Shown: one piece after another, positions 50,529 to 64,000 of the stretch | Layout: each line of letters opens with the position of its first letter | Numbering within the stretch: position 1 is the stretch's first letter | Origin: Gracilinanus agilis | Taxonomy: Eukaryota | Length of the DNA: 64,000 nucleotides | Direction of reading: 5' to 3' | NCBI RefSeq assembly: GCF_016433145.1 | Contig: NC_058130.1 | Span: forward strand, 792,095,358 to 792,159,357 | Program-made: the position numbers and the translations under genes | Notes under the pieces: model-generated | The model's database searches: none | Told to the model about the DNA's origin: nothing | The model's input: only the letters and a program-made list of their open reading frames with translations

Positions 50529-53528
50529 GTAAGTGCCAGTGTGACTCTTTTATAAAGGGTTTCTTTTCATTGTGAAGATTAAAAAAGATAATGATAAAAG
50601 GGACCCCATCTTATTATCTTTAATATTCTCCCTGAGATCTCTGCTAGATCTAGTTCTGTAATTCTATCATTTGGAGGTTCAAATGAAATAATAAATGTAA
50701 AGAGCTTAGCAAACTATAGAAATACTACTACTGCTACTGCTACTGCTACTGCTACTGCTACTGCTACTACCACCACCATCACCACCATCACTACTACTAC
50801 TATTAATTTCTCTGAGCCTCAATTTCTTCTCCTGTGAAATATCACCTATCTCCTGAGGATTTGGGGAATTATCTCATTATCATCTGCAGTCATGCTCAGG
50901 TCTTATGCTACTCATACTAAAAACTCCATGTATATTGTAACTTAAAGTTGTCCTCTAACTTCCATGACATTGGAAAACTATGGAAAGAGAGCATAGACTC
51001 AGTGCAGAAATGCAAAATTAATAGAGATAATGACAGGAATTTTGACTTAGGAAGAGTTTTGGCTTTCCAAATTCAGATCCTTTCCAAGGACATCCTTGCC
51101 CTAGTGGTGTCATATTGAAATAGCTTGGAAGTCCTAGAACTAATACATGTATGTGTCTAGGAGAGTGGAAAAAGGTGTAAAAATGGTCATTGGGAGGCTG
51201 GATATCACATTATGAGTCCCTGTGTCTGCATGTCTCTGTCTGCCTTTCTCTCCCTTTAACGTATTATTCTGTTTCTTGTTTTCTTAGTCCTTTCCTTTTC
51301 TATTTTCATTAGATTGATCTTTGTTCAGCAGTCAAAATTTGGGAAAAAAGTCTATTTATTACAGCTAACATATTGTTTAAATCTCATTTTATGTTCTCCT
51401 TTTTCCCCTTTTCATTTCTGTTCTCATTTAGTCCCATTTTGAATAATGGAGGCTGAGTGTATGGCTCCCTCCACATATAATGATTTTTAAAAACCCTGCA
51501 AAATCTTTATTTTGATTGAATTTTATGTAGATAAGGGGAGGACAGAGGTTGTTATTAGGGAAGGAAATTTCTTCCATTTCACATTCTCATCAAAATGGAC
51601 ATGAATATGGAAGTGTTTTGCCTGGGGAATCAAATAAGCAAGTATTTATTAAGCTGTATTATATGCCAGGTACTCTTTTAGGAGCAGCTGAGAACATAAG
51701 CACAAATAAATAAACCATCTCAAATCACCAAGAATTTACACTTAATGAAGGAGACACATTTTCACATAAAATGCATACAACATGTATGTAATCTTTGTTA
51801 ATATGGTGTTGTTGTTCAGTCATTTTAATTCCATTAAAGTCCTTGTGAGCCCATTTTGGCTTTTCATGGCAAAGATAATAGAGTAGCTGGTTTCAATTGT
51901 TTAGCTCACTTTACAGAAGAAGACACTGAGGCAAACAGTTAACTGACTTGCCTAGGGTCACATAGTTAGTTAGTTTTTGAGGCCAGATTTAAACTTAGAT
52001 CTTAGTGACTTGAAGTCTAGCACTCTATACACTGAGGTAATTTTTGAGGTAAGCACAAGCAGCTAGGAAGATTACAATTGGGAAAAAATCTTCATGAAGA
52101 TGTGCAAGTCTGTGCTTGAGTAGTGGCTTTATGAAGAGAGTCATCCTAGCAATTGCAAGTAATATTGGAATATATTCCAGGAATATGGGCCTGCCAGTGC
52201 AAAGGTACAGAGACTGGAGATTCCCTGAATCACTTCCCCTTGACTTGGTTTAGGAAGATTTTGATGTTCACACAGCAAAAATAAGATAGTGGGCACTGAT
52301 GTCCTTTCTAGAGCTGAAGTACTAAGCATTCAGACTCTACTGCAGGGAGCTCAGATGGACAGGCTGTCCAAATTGTTCACATCTCAGTCATATATTTGCC
52401 TAAACAAGTATTTTACAGAAAATCACAAAAGATAAGTGCCCAAATGGAAGTCAGAGGAAATGTTACAAGCATGCTCTCATGATCACTATGGAAAACTTTG
52501 GTATCAACTATGGGAAATGGAAGCACTGGCACTCACTTTGTTGTGTGATTTGCCCACATCAAGGAAACTACTGTCCTCTTTGAGCAACTCAGAATTGCAG
52601 TAGCTCAAAAGAAATGTTGAATGAAAAAATTTAGAGACATTTCCATTTGAAAAGTTCATAAAGGATGTTTATACATTACTTGTGGGAGAGTTTCCTGAAC
52701 TCCCATTTGCCAGGCAGACACATTGTACATTAGCCACACATCATGATATAATTTTTGACCTCTTTGAGTATAAAGGAAAAGTCTTTAATTGGTCTTCATT
52801 TTCCATGTGTATTATTTATATCTCTTTGTTCTGTATTGCTTGTCCAGAAACATTTATTTACATATATGTTGTTTTCCTCATTAGATCATTAGTTCTTTGA
52901 GAGTAGGCATTGTTTTTTCCTCCAGCAAAAGACTGATCAGATACCCTTATTCTAGATATCCACGTGGCTCCCTAATTGCTTTGCGGATAAATTCTATATA
53001 TATCTGTTTAGAATCTAAATCTCTTTAAACCTGAATTCTTTCTCTATTTTCAGTTTTCATGTATGTCCCTCTCCTCTATGCACTCTCTAATCCACCAACA
53101 ATGTCTGTCCAGATGTTCCTCACACACTTCCATCTCCATGTTTTTCACTGGTTGTCCCCTATGTCTGAAATGTTCTTTTTCTTTGCACTCACTTATTAGA
53201 ATTCCTGGATTCCTACAAGATTAATATCAAAAGATTCCTTTCAGGAAGAGATTTTTCTTAGTTTTCTTTTCTATTCCCATTTCTGCTGGCGCCTTCATTT
53301 GTAGGATTATTTTCCAACTATTCTGAATTTATCTTATATGTACATATTTATGTAATTTTTTCATTTAGAATGGAAGTTCCTGGAGGCAAAGAATTTCTTT
53401 TTCATTGTATCTCCAGCTTTCTGCACAATTTCTGTGAAATATTACGTGTTTCATGAATGCTTGTTGATTGAGTCTAATAAATTGTCTTTGAATAGCTTGT
53501 CCTTGATTTTCCTCTCTCTGTCCCTTAG

Positions 53529-53823
53529 GTTGATGCACAAAAACTACCAGCATGTCCTGGCCCTGGTATTTGCTGTGGAGGAGATCAACAGGGACCCTAA
53601 TCTGTTACCCAATATTTCTTCCTTGGGTTTTTACCTGTATAATGCCTACCACAGTGATGCAAGAACCCTGGAGAGCTCCCTGAGATGGCTCTCTGGTCAG
53701 GGCCAGCTTGTCCCTAATTACAGCTGCAGTGGGCAGGATAAATCTGTGGCTGTCATTGGAGGAGCCACGTCAGCTCTGTCTGTCCAGATGGGGACCCTGC
53801 TTGAGCTCTACAAGTTTCCACAG
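53529..53823 (+). CDS. V2R paralog D, exon 2
   Basis: ttag| ... cag|gtagga; 295 nt open frame; 5 differences from paralog A exon 2. Confidence 0.92.
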
Positions 53824-54019
53824 GTAGGAGATAGTAAGTCTTTTGCTTCTGTGCTTTTCATGCAGTACTCAGTCTGGGGAATAGTGGAGTTATTCTCAGA
53901 GCTGACTAGGAACTAAAGATAGAATTTATCATTCAAGTTGTGGCTTGACAAAGAGTCCTACAGGTAGGCTAGTGCAAACCTATATCACACTACAATAGAC
54001 TCTGAAGATCAACATGGCA

Positions 54020-54963
54020 GCAGTTCTCTCTTGTGATTTCTGTTGGTTTTGTTATTGATATGCTTAATTATGCAGATGCGTTTCATATTTAACCATACCT
54101 ATATTCTTGATATCAAACCCACATGATCATGAAATATTATTCTGGTGAAAAAATGTTGTAATTTCCTTGCTAGTGTTTAATTTAGAATTTTTACATCAAC
54201 GTTCATTAGGGAGACTGGTCTATAAATTTCTTTCTCTGTTTTTATCTCTTCCTGGTAGAGGTATCTGTATCATTTGTTTCTTAAAAAGACTTTGACTCTG
54301 CCTATTTTTCTACATAGTTTGTGTAGTATTGGAGTTAGTTGTTCTTTGAATGTTTGGTAGAATTTACATGTGAATCCATCTGGTCCAGGGGTCTTTTTCT
54401 TAGGAAGTTCTTTAATGGTTTATTCAATTTCTTTTTCTGTGTTGTAGTTGTTTAAGTATTTTATTTCTCCTTTGGTTCTTCTGAATACCTTATATTTTTG
54501 TAAATATTCATTTATTTTACTTTGATTGTAAGATTTATTGGCATGTAATTAAGCAAAATAACTTCCAGTAATTATTTTAATTTCTTGTTTGTTTGTGATT
54601 TCACCTTGTTTATTTTTCATCATGTAAATTTGGTTTTCTTTTTTTTAGTGAAGTTAACTAATTGCTTATCTATTTTATTTATTTTTTCATAAAAGCAACT
54701 TCTTGTCTTTTTTATAGTTCAATAGTTTTAATTATTTTTAATTTCATTAACCTTCCCTTGATTTTCAGGATTTCTAATTTGGTGTTTAGTTGGGGTTTTA
54801 AAATTTGTTCTTTTATTGGATTTTTTAGTTGTGTGCCCAAATTCATTGACCTATTTTTCACTAATTTATTGATGTAAGGATTAAGTGATACAAATTTCGC
54901 TCTAGATATTGTTTTTACTGCATTTCACAAATTTTGACATGTCATCTCATTTTAATTTTCTTT
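54020..54963 (-). mobile_element. Old L1 fragment (duplicate of 4870-5810)
   Basis: Reverse-complement match to the old L1 in the left arm. Confidence 0.85.
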
Positions 54964-56770
54964 TTTTTAAACATTTTTAATATTCATTTTTAACATGTTT
55001 ACATGCTTCATGCCCCTACTTTCCCCTTCAACCCTCCCCTCTCCCCCCACCTATGGCCGACACACATTTCCACTGGTTGTAACATGTGTCATCAATCAAG
55101 ACCTATTTCCAAATTGTTGATTGTTGGATTGGTGTGATAGTTTCGAGTCCACATCCCCAATAATGTCCACCCTAACCCATGCATTCAAGCAATTGTTTAT
55201 CTTCTATGTTTCCTCTCCTACAGTCTTTTCTCTGAATGTGGGTAGTGTCCTTTACCATAAATGCCTCAGAGCTGTCTTGTGTCATTGCATTGTTGCTGGT
55301 ACAGAAGTCCATTACATTCGATTTTACCACAGTATATCAGTCTCTGTGTACAATGTGCTTCTGGCTCTGCTCCTTTCACTCTGCATCAGTTCCTGGAGGT
55401 CTTTCCAGTTCACCTGGAACTCCTCCAGTTTATTATTCCTTTTAGCACAATAGTATTCCATCACCCGCATATACCACAATTTGCTCAGCCATTCCCCAAT
55501 TAAAGGACATACCCTCCTTTTCCAGTTTTTTGCCACCACAAAAAGGACAGCTATAAATATTTTTGTACAAGTCTGTTTATCTATGATCTCTTTGGGGTAC
55601 CAACCCAACAATGGTATGGCTGGGTCAAAGGGCAGGAAATCTTTTATAGCCCTTTGAGCGTAGTTCCAAATTGCCAGCCAGAAGGTTTGTATCAGTTCAC
55701 AACTCCACCAGCAATGCATTAATGTTCCAATTTTGCCATGTACCCTCCAACATTCATCACTCTCCCCTTCTTTCATTTTAGCCAATCTGCTAGGTGTGAG
55801 GTGATACCTCAGAGTTGTTTTGATTTGCATTTCTCTAATTATTAGAGAATTAGAACACTTTCTCATGTGCTTATTGATACTTTTGATTTCTTTACCTGAA
55901 AATTGCCTATTCATGTCCCTTGCCCATTTCTTAATTGGGGAATGGTTTGATTTTTTATACAATTGCTTTAACTCCTTGTATATTTGAGTAATTAGACCCT
56001 TGTCAGAGTTTTTTATTACAAATATTTTTTCCCAATTTGTTGTTTTACTTCTGATTTTGACTACATTGTTTTTGTTTGTACAAAAGCTTTTTAGCTTAAT
56101 ATAATCAAAAGCATTTAATTTACATTTTGTAATTTTCTCTAACTCTTGCTTGGTTTTAAAGTCTTTCCTTTCCCACAGATCTGACAAGTAAACTATTCTG
56201 TGTTCACTTAACTTTTTTATAGTTTCCCTCTTTATATTCAAGTCTTGCTGACGTCATTAACCCCAAATCTATTCCACTGATTCTCCCTTCTATTTCTTAG
56301 CCAGTACCATATTGTTTTGATTACTGCTGCTTTATAGTATAGTTTAATATCTGGTACTGCTAGGCCCCCTTCCTTCACATTCTTTTTCATTATTTCCCTT
56401 GATATTCTTGATCTTTTGTTATTCCAAATGAAATTTGTTATAATTTTTCCTAATTCAGTAAAGAAGTTTTTTGGTAATTTGATAGGTATGGTGCTAAATA
56501 GGTAAATTAATTTGGGTAGAATGTTCATTTTTATTATGTTAGCTCATCCTACCCATGAACAATTAATGGCTTTCCAATTGTTGAGATCCCGTTTTATTTT
56601 TTTGGAAAGTGTTTTGTAGTTGTTTTCATATAATTGCTGTGTTTGTTTTGGTAGATAGATTCCTAAGTATTTTATATTGTCTAGGGTGATTTTAAATGGT
56701 GTTTCTCTTTCTACCTCTTGCTTCTCTGATGTGTTGGAAATGTATAGAAATGCTGATGATTTATGTGCAT
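54964..56770 (-). mobile_element. Younger L1, 3' part (ORF2 C-terminus plus 3' UTR), 5' part lost in the gap
   Basis: ORFs 55324-56241 and 56238-56528 (IKTTLRYHLTP, CWRVHG.IGTLMHCWW). T-rich tail at about 54960, inserted at a TTCTTT/AA L1 endonuclease-type site in the older L1. Confidence 0.92.
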
Positions 56771-57270
56771 NNNNNNNNNNNNNNNNNNNNNNNNNNNNNN
56801 NNNNNNNNNNNNNNNNNNNNNNNNNNNNNNNNNNNNNNNNNNNNNNNNNNNNNNNNNNNNNNNNNNNNNNNNNNNNNNNNNNNNNNNNNNNNNNNNNNNN
56901 NNNNNNNNNNNNNNNNNNNNNNNNNNNNNNNNNNNNNNNNNNNNNNNNNNNNNNNNNNNNNNNNNNNNNNNNNNNNNNNNNNNNNNNNNNNNNNNNNNNN
57001 NNNNNNNNNNNNNNNNNNNNNNNNNNNNNNNNNNNNNNNNNNNNNNNNNNNNNNNNNNNNNNNNNNNNNNNNNNNNNNNNNNNNNNNNNNNNNNNNNNNN
57101 NNNNNNNNNNNNNNNNNNNNNNNNNNNNNNNNNNNNNNNNNNNNNNNNNNNNNNNNNNNNNNNNNNNNNNNNNNNNNNNNNNNNNNNNNNNNNNNNNNNN
57201 NNNNNNNNNNNNNNNNNNNNNNNNNNNNNNNNNNNNNNNNNNNNNNNNNNNNNNNNNNNNNNNNNNNNNN
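56771..57270. other. Assembly gap, exactly 500 N
   Basis: Read directly; both flanks are L1. Confidence 0.95.
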
Positions 57271-60200
57271 AATTCAGTCTTTAAAAAACAGAACTCAACA
57301 ACTAGAAGAAAATGACTTCACAAGGCAGCAAGAATATATTAAAAAAATAAAAAATGAAATATTTGAGAATATGAAACACCTCATTGATTCAACCAAAGAT
57401 CTGGAGAACAGAACTAGAAGAGACAACTTAAGAATTATTGGTTTACCAGAACATCATGATAAAAGAACAAGTTTAGAAAGCATTTTACAAGAAATTATCA
57501 GAGAAAATTGCCCAGGAATTCTTGAACAAGAGGGAAAAGTGGAAATTGATAGCATCCACATATCACCTCCTACATTTAATCCACAACTGACAACTTCCAG
57601 GAATATCATAGCCAAATTCTAAAACTACCAGACCAAGGAAAAAATATTACAAACTGCCAAAAAGATGTCATTCAGATATCAGGGAACCAAAATTAGGATA
57701 ACACAGGATCTGGCTGCATCTACATTGAAGGACTGGAAGGCATGGAACACAATATTCAGGAAATCAAGAGAACTGGGTCTACAACCAAGAATCAACTATC
57801 CAGTAAGATTAACTACATTATTGCAGGGGAAAGTATGGTCATTCAATAAAATTGAGGACTTCCAAACATTCATCAAGAAAAAACTGGACTTAAACAGAGA
57901 GTTTGCTGCCCAAACCCAGAACTCAAGAGAATCAACATAAGGTAATTAAGAGAATGGGGGGAGGAGAAAAAAATTCTTTTCTTTAAGGGGAGCAACAAGT
58001 TCAATCAATTTATATCCCAAGAAGAAAAGAAGGTATTGGCAAATATTAAAAATTATTATTACCAACAGGGTAACTAGAAGAAGTTTACATAGAGGGAACA
58101 GGGACAAAATGTATAGGATGAAATGTCAAGAGATGTATAAATATATGTATGTATGTATGTATGTATGTATAAATATATACAAAACTGGGGGGGGGGAGAA
58201 GATAACAATAAGAAAAAAAGGAAAGCAAACAAAAAGGAATAAATTTATATTCCATAAAGAAGCACGTGAGATCAACAGGGAAAAATAACAATACACTGTA
58301 AGGGTAAAGAGGTTAGAGAGAGGAAATATTCAATACTTAAGTGCATTGAAATCAACTTAGAGAAGAACAATCATATCCATAGGGGCAGAAAATTGATTCA
58401 CACCCTATAGAGAAGTAGAAGGGTAACAAAGGGACTGGTAGGGAGGGAAGAAATACTAGGGAAGGAGAGGGCATGGTGGGGGGGAGCACCGCATGGCTTT
58501 AAAGAACAATAAGAGGGAATAATAAGGAAGGGGGGAGAAAGGGAAGTACAATAAGGGAGGGGATTATAGGAACTGATTAAAAACAAAACACTGGTATAGA
58601 AGGAAACAGTGAAAGAAGAAAGGACAGGACTAGGAGAGAGGATCAAAATGTGAGGGAATGCAGAGTTGATAAATATAATTCTGAATGTGAATGGGCTGAA
58701 CTCACCCATAAAATGGAAGCAAATAGCAGAGTGGATTAGAAACCAAAACCCAACCATATGTTGTTTACAAGAAACACACATCAGACAGACAGACAGACAT
58801 AGAATGAAACTGAGAGGATGGAGCAAAATCTTTTGGGCTTCAAATGAGAAAAAGAAGGCAGCGGTGGTTATCATGATCTTTGACAGAGCCAAAGTAAAAA
58901 TAGATAAGGTTAAAAGAGATAGGGAAGGTTACTACATCCTAATAAAAGGCAGTTTAAACAATGAAGAAATATCAGTACTCAAAATGTATGCACCAAACTG
59001 AATAGCTTCCAAATTTCTAAAGGAGAAGCTAGTGGAGCTCAAGGATGAAATAGCAAAACCATACTAGTGGGGGACCTGAACCTTCCCCTATCAGATCTAG
59101 ATAAGTCAAACCAAAAAATAAATAAGAAAGAGATAAGAGAGGTGAATGAAACCCTAGAAAAATTTGAGTTAATAGATATTTGGAGAAAAATATAGAGAGA
59201 CAAAAAGAAATACACCTTCTTTTCAGCAGCACATGGAACATTCACAAAGATAGACCATGTAATAGGGTACAGAAACATGGCAAACAAATGCAAAAAGCAG
59301 AAATAATAAATGTAACCTTCTCAGATCATAATGCAATAGAAATAGTTATTAGTAAGAATACATGGAGAGGCAAACAAAAAACTAATTGGAAATTAAATAA
59401 TATGATTCTCCAAAATAATTTAGTGAAAGAACAAATCACAGAAATAATTAATAATTTCATTGAAGACAATGACAATGATGAGACATTTTACCCAAACTTA
59501 TGGGATGCAGCCAAAGCAGTTCTAAGGGGAAAATTTATATCACTGAGTGCATATATTAACAAATTAGGGAGGGCAGAGGTTAATNNNNNNNNNNNNNNNN
59601 NNNNNNNNNNNNNNNNNNNNNNNNNNNNNNNNNNNNNNNNNNNNNNNNNNNNNNNNNNNNNNNNNNNNNNNNNNNAATTAATAAATAAGAGTAGAAGCTG
59701 GTATTTTGAAAAAACAGATAAAATAGACAAAGTACTGGCTAATCTAATTTAAAAAAGGAAAGAAGAAAACCAAATTAATAGTATCAAAGATGAAAAAGGA
59801 GACCTCACCTCTAATGAAGAGGAAGTTAAGGCAATCATTAAAAACTATTTTGCCTAATTATGTAACAATAAATTTAGTAATCTAGGTGATATGGATGAAT
59901 ATTTGCAAAAATATAAATTGCCTAGATCAACAGGAGAAGAAATAGAATACTTAAATAATCCAATATAAGAAAAAGAAATTGAACAGGCCATTAAAGAACT
60001 CCTTAAGAACAAATCGCCAGGGCCTGATGGATTCACAAGTGAATTCTATCAAACATTCAAAGAACAATTAATCCAAATACTATACAAATTATTTGATATA
60101 ATAAGCAAATAAGAAGTCTTACCAAACTCCTTTTATGACACAAATATGGTACTGATTCCAAAGCCAGGCAGATCAAAAACAGAGAAAGAAAATTATAGAC

Positions 60201-62762
60201 CAATCTCCTTAATGAATATAGATGCAAAAATCTTAAATAGAATACTAGCAAAAAGACTCCAGCGACTGATCAAGAGGGTTATTCATCATGATCAGGTGGG
60301 ATTTATACCAGGAATGCAAGGATGGTTCACCCTTAGGAAAACCATCCACATAATTGACCATATCAACAAGCAAACCAACAAAAACCACATAATTATCTCA
60401 ATAGATGCTGAAAAAGCCTTTGACAAAATACAACACCCATTCCTACTAGGAATAGAAGGTTCTTTCCTAAAAATAATAAACAGTATATATCTTAAACCAT
60501 CAACAAGCATCATATGCAATGGGGATAAATTAGAAGCCTTTCCAATAAGATCAGGTGTGAAACAAGGATGCCCATTATCACCTCTTTTATTTAACATTGT
60601 ACTAGAAACACTAGTAGTAGCAAATAGAGAAGAAAAAGAAATTGAAGGTATTAAAATAGGAAATGAGGAGACTAAGCTATCACTCTTTGCAGATGATATG
60701 ATGGTCTACTTAAAAAATCCTAGAGAATCAACTAAGAAGCTAGTAGAAATAATCAACAACTTTAGCAAAGTTGCAGGATACAAAATAAATGCGCATAAGT
60801 CATCAGCATTTCTATATATTTCCAACACATTAGAGCAGCAAGAAGTAGAAAGAGAAACACCTTTTAAAATTACCCTAGACAATATAAAATTCTTAGGAAT
60901 CTATCTACCAAAACAAATATAGGAATTATATGAACATAACTACAAAACACTATCCAAAAAAGTAAAACTAGATCTAAACAATTGGAAAAACATTGAGTGC
61001 TCATGTGTAGGATGAGCTAACATAATAAAAATGACCATTCTACCCAAATTAATTTACCTACTTAGTGCTATACCTATCAAACTACAAAAACCTTTTTTCT
61101 ACATTAGAAAAAACTAAAACAAAGTTTATTTGGAAGAACAAAAGATCAAGAATATCAAGGGAAATAATGAAAAAAATATGAAGGAAGGGGGCCTAGCAGT
61201 ACCAGATATTAAGCTATACTATAAAGCAGCTGTCAGCAAAACAATATGGTACTGGCTAAGAGATAGAAGGGATGATCAGTGGAATAGACTTGGAGTAAGT
61301 GATGTCAGCAAGACAGTGTATGATAAACCCAAAGAGCCCAACTTTCGGGTCACGAATCCACTATTTGACAAAAACTGCCTGGAAAATTGGAAAACAATAT
61401 GGGAGGGATTAGTTTTAGATCAATATCTCACCCCATATACCAAGATAAATTCAGAATGGGTGAAAGACTTAAATATAAAGAAGGAAACTCTAAGTAAATT
61501 ACGTGAATACATAATAGTATACTTGTCAGATCTCAGGGAAAGGAAAGATTTTAAAACCAAACAAGAGTTAGAGAAAATTACAAATTGTAAAATAAATAAT
61601 TTTGGTTATATCAAATTAAAAGGTTTTTGTACAAAGAAAAACAATGCAACCAAAATCAGAAGGGCAACAACAAATTGGGAAAAAAATCTTTATAACAAAA
61701 AATTCTGACAGAGGTCTAATTACTCAAATATACAAGGAGGTAAATCAATTGTATAAAAAGTCAAGCCATTCCCCAATTAATAAATGGGCAAGGGACATGA
61801 AAAGGCAATTTTCAGATAAAGAAATAAAAAGTGTCAATAAACACATGACAAAGAGTTCTAAATCTCTAATAATTAAAGAAATGCAAATCAAAACAACTCT
61901 GAGGTACCACCTCACACCTAGCAGAATGGCTAAAATGATAGCAGGGGAGAGTAATGAATGTTGGAGGGGATGTGGCAAAATTAGGACATTAATACACTGC
62001 TGGTGGAGTTGTGAACCGATCCAAACATTCTGGATGGCAATTTGGAACTATGCCCAAAGAGTGATAAAAGAATACCTGCCCTTTGATCCAGCCATACCAT
62101 TGCTGGGATTGTACCCCAAAGAGATCATAGATAAACAGACTTGCACAAAAATATTTATAGCTGCACTCTTTGTGGTGGCAAAAAACTGGAAAGCAAGGGT
62201 ATGCCCTTCAATTGGAATGGCTGAACAAATTGTGGTATATGTTGGTGATGGAATACTATTGTGCTCAAAGGAATAATAAACTGGAGGAATTCCATGTGAA
62301 TTGGAAAGACCTCCAGGAATTGATGCAGAGTGAAAGGAGAAGAGCCAGAAGAACATTGTACACAGAGACTGATATACTGTGGTAAAATCGAATGTAATGT
62401 ATGTCTGTACTAGTAGCAATGCAATGACCTAAGACAGTTCTGAGGGATTTATGGAAATGAACACTACCCACATTCAGAGGAAGAACTACACAAGTAGAAA
62501 CACAGAAGAAAAACAACTGCTTGGACACTTGGGTTGATGAGGACGTGATTGGGGAATGTAGACCTGAAAAGACCACACCCATGTAACTATCAATAATGTG
62601 TAAATAAGTCTTGACTGACCACACATAATAAAACAGTGGAAATTCAAATTGGCTACAGAGGAGGGGGGCGGGGGGTTGAGGGGGTGAAGGGGAAAGTAAA
62701 AATATGACTCATGTAACCATGGAAAATTTTTCTAAAAATAAAAATTATTTCAAAAAAAGAAA
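57271..62762 (+). mobile_element. Near full-length L1 (ORF1 C-terminal half, about 700-bp spacer, ORF2, 3' UTR), inactivated
   Basis: ORF1 RRDNLRIIGLPE (to 57940); ORF2 EN LNVNGLNSPIK (58666), RT QGCPLSP / FADDMMVY (60146-60922), C-terminal CWRGCG..GTL.HCWW; several stops/frameshifts; A-rich tail about 62735-62762. Confidence 0.95.
59585..59675. other. Assembly gap, 91 N, inside L1 ORF2
   Basis: Read directly. Confidence 0.95.
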
Positions 62763-64000
62763 CATGTTTTCTGTTTGCATGTTTTGATTTTGCATGTTTG
62801 TAGATTTTTTGTCAGTGTGTTTTAAAGATTTATTGTTTGAATTTGCTTCTTGTACTTTGCATTGGTTAATGTCTTTGCTTTTGCACTTTCCTATTAGGAT
62901 AGCACTTGTGTGATTTCCCATCCTTTTGTAAGTGCATTTATATTTGTTTGTATTTTGCTTGAATGTTTTTCTGTTATCTTTGTCCCATAAATTTCATTTT
63001 TAATGTCTTCCACATCTTTGATTAACTGCATCTCCTCCTCTGTCATTTGTTTACACTTATTTTTTGTGTTACCATGCCCATTATCTATTTTTATGACCCA
63101 ATGTTTATCCTTTTGGTTTTATTTTGCATTTCTGTCTTTGCATGCCTTTTCTATTGCTGTAATTGCTAATACTGCTTCCTGGCTTCATGCACTAACTTGG
63201 GTTCCAGAATAGTGAGGCCTGGCTCCCTGTGAAATATACTTTTCCATTGTTTTGGTATCAGGGATATCATTTGTGCTTCTTACATTCCCAGAATTTCCAC
63301 AATCATGGTCATAGCATCTGTTATTTTTTCTTGAGTAAGAGTTATTCTGGCTACATCTTGAGTTTGTGTATGTATTCATGTAATTACGTCTCCTGTTATT
63401 ATTGCTGTTGTTGTTATTAAAATTAATCTGTTCCTTATAATAACATTTCTGTACAAGGTGACCCACTTTACCGCATAAAAACCATCTATTATTTGGAGTT
63501 TGTCTTTATTAATACTCAGGTCTAGTGATATTTTTACCTTGTAAGGTGGCCAAGTTCTTTATCTCTTAAATTTCCTTTTTTGTTGTTGTTTTAGCCTCTT
63601 TAAGCTGCCTTTTAAGAATTTAGATGGTATCATCTTTGTTTTTCTCTTCTTGTTTTTCCCTTTCATTTGAACTCAAGTAAACTTATTAAGCAGTCTTTCT
63701 TAAATCCTCTAGAAACAAATCCTCCCACCCAGGGCAATGAAAATTAAAATAAGTTCTTATGAACAAATTGCTTCCCTTTATAAACTGCCTCCAGATATTT
63801 TGGCAATTGGGTTCTGCTAAGTCTCTAAACCCAGGAAATGACTCCCCAGCATCTAGGACTCTGTATAGATAACTACTAGGGTGTTCCCCAGCTTATTGTT
63901 AGAATCCCTCAAAGTTTCCCCAGCTATTTGGTCTTTTTGCATGGGCAAGCATTTCTTCAGTGTGGTCCTTTCTATATCTCTTTAAAAATGCATGATTCCC
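62763..64000 (-). mobile_element. Third ERV gag fragment (capsid C-terminus, NC knuckle, Asn-rich tail), divergent relative of ERV-A
   Basis: Minus strand: Q*AGEHPSSYLYRVL (MHR-like), IRTYFNFHCPGW (cf. ERV-A QDYFKMHCPRW), WFLCGKVGHLVQKC knuckle 63484-63443, then NFNNNNSNNNRRRNY. Confidence 0.72.

Larger units (their letters stand above)
44663..54963. repeat. Right arm of the inverted segmental duplication (partner 4870-15868)
   Basis: Same colinear reverse-complement match as the left arm; ends where a younger L1 is inserted. Confidence 0.95.

Noticed and set aside
54964-62762. Twin-primed (5'-inverted) single L1 insertion
   Set aside because: Both sides have their own ORF2 C-terminus, 3' UTR and tail and differ in sequence; these are two separate L1s meeting at a scaffold gap.

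Overview
Eukaryotic, repeat-dense DNA, most likely from a marsupial (opossum-like): it carries didelphid-type SINEs, L1s with a long inter-ORF spacer and AT-rich ERVs. The window lies inside a vomeronasal type-2 receptor (V2R, class C GPCR) cluster with four pieces. (A) Exons 1-2 on the minus strand at 9546-6013. (B) An orphan but open 7TM exon 6 at 19172-20097. (C) A plus-strand pseudogene with exons 1-5 at 22052-35242; it has a frameshift, a dead exon-5 acceptor, and an L1 fragment where exon 6 should be. (D) Exons 1-2 on the plus strand at about 50404-53823. A and D sit in an approximately 11 kb inverted duplication (4870-15868 vs 44663-54963) that also carries a class I ERV (gag-pro-RT). 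Other content: processed pseudogenes of STK39 and GALM, several L1s, LTRs, SINEs, a hAT MITE and four assembly gaps (500 N, 1 N, 500 N, 91 N). I found no tRNA, rRNA or CRISPR features and no convincing wholly new system. The best leads are the duplication/orientation puzzle, L1-associated loss of the 7TM exon, contrasting substitution patterns between V2R paralog exons, and an Asn-rich tail after the Gag zinc knuckle. All alignments were done by eye, and repeat-family names need RepeatMasker/Dfam confirmation.
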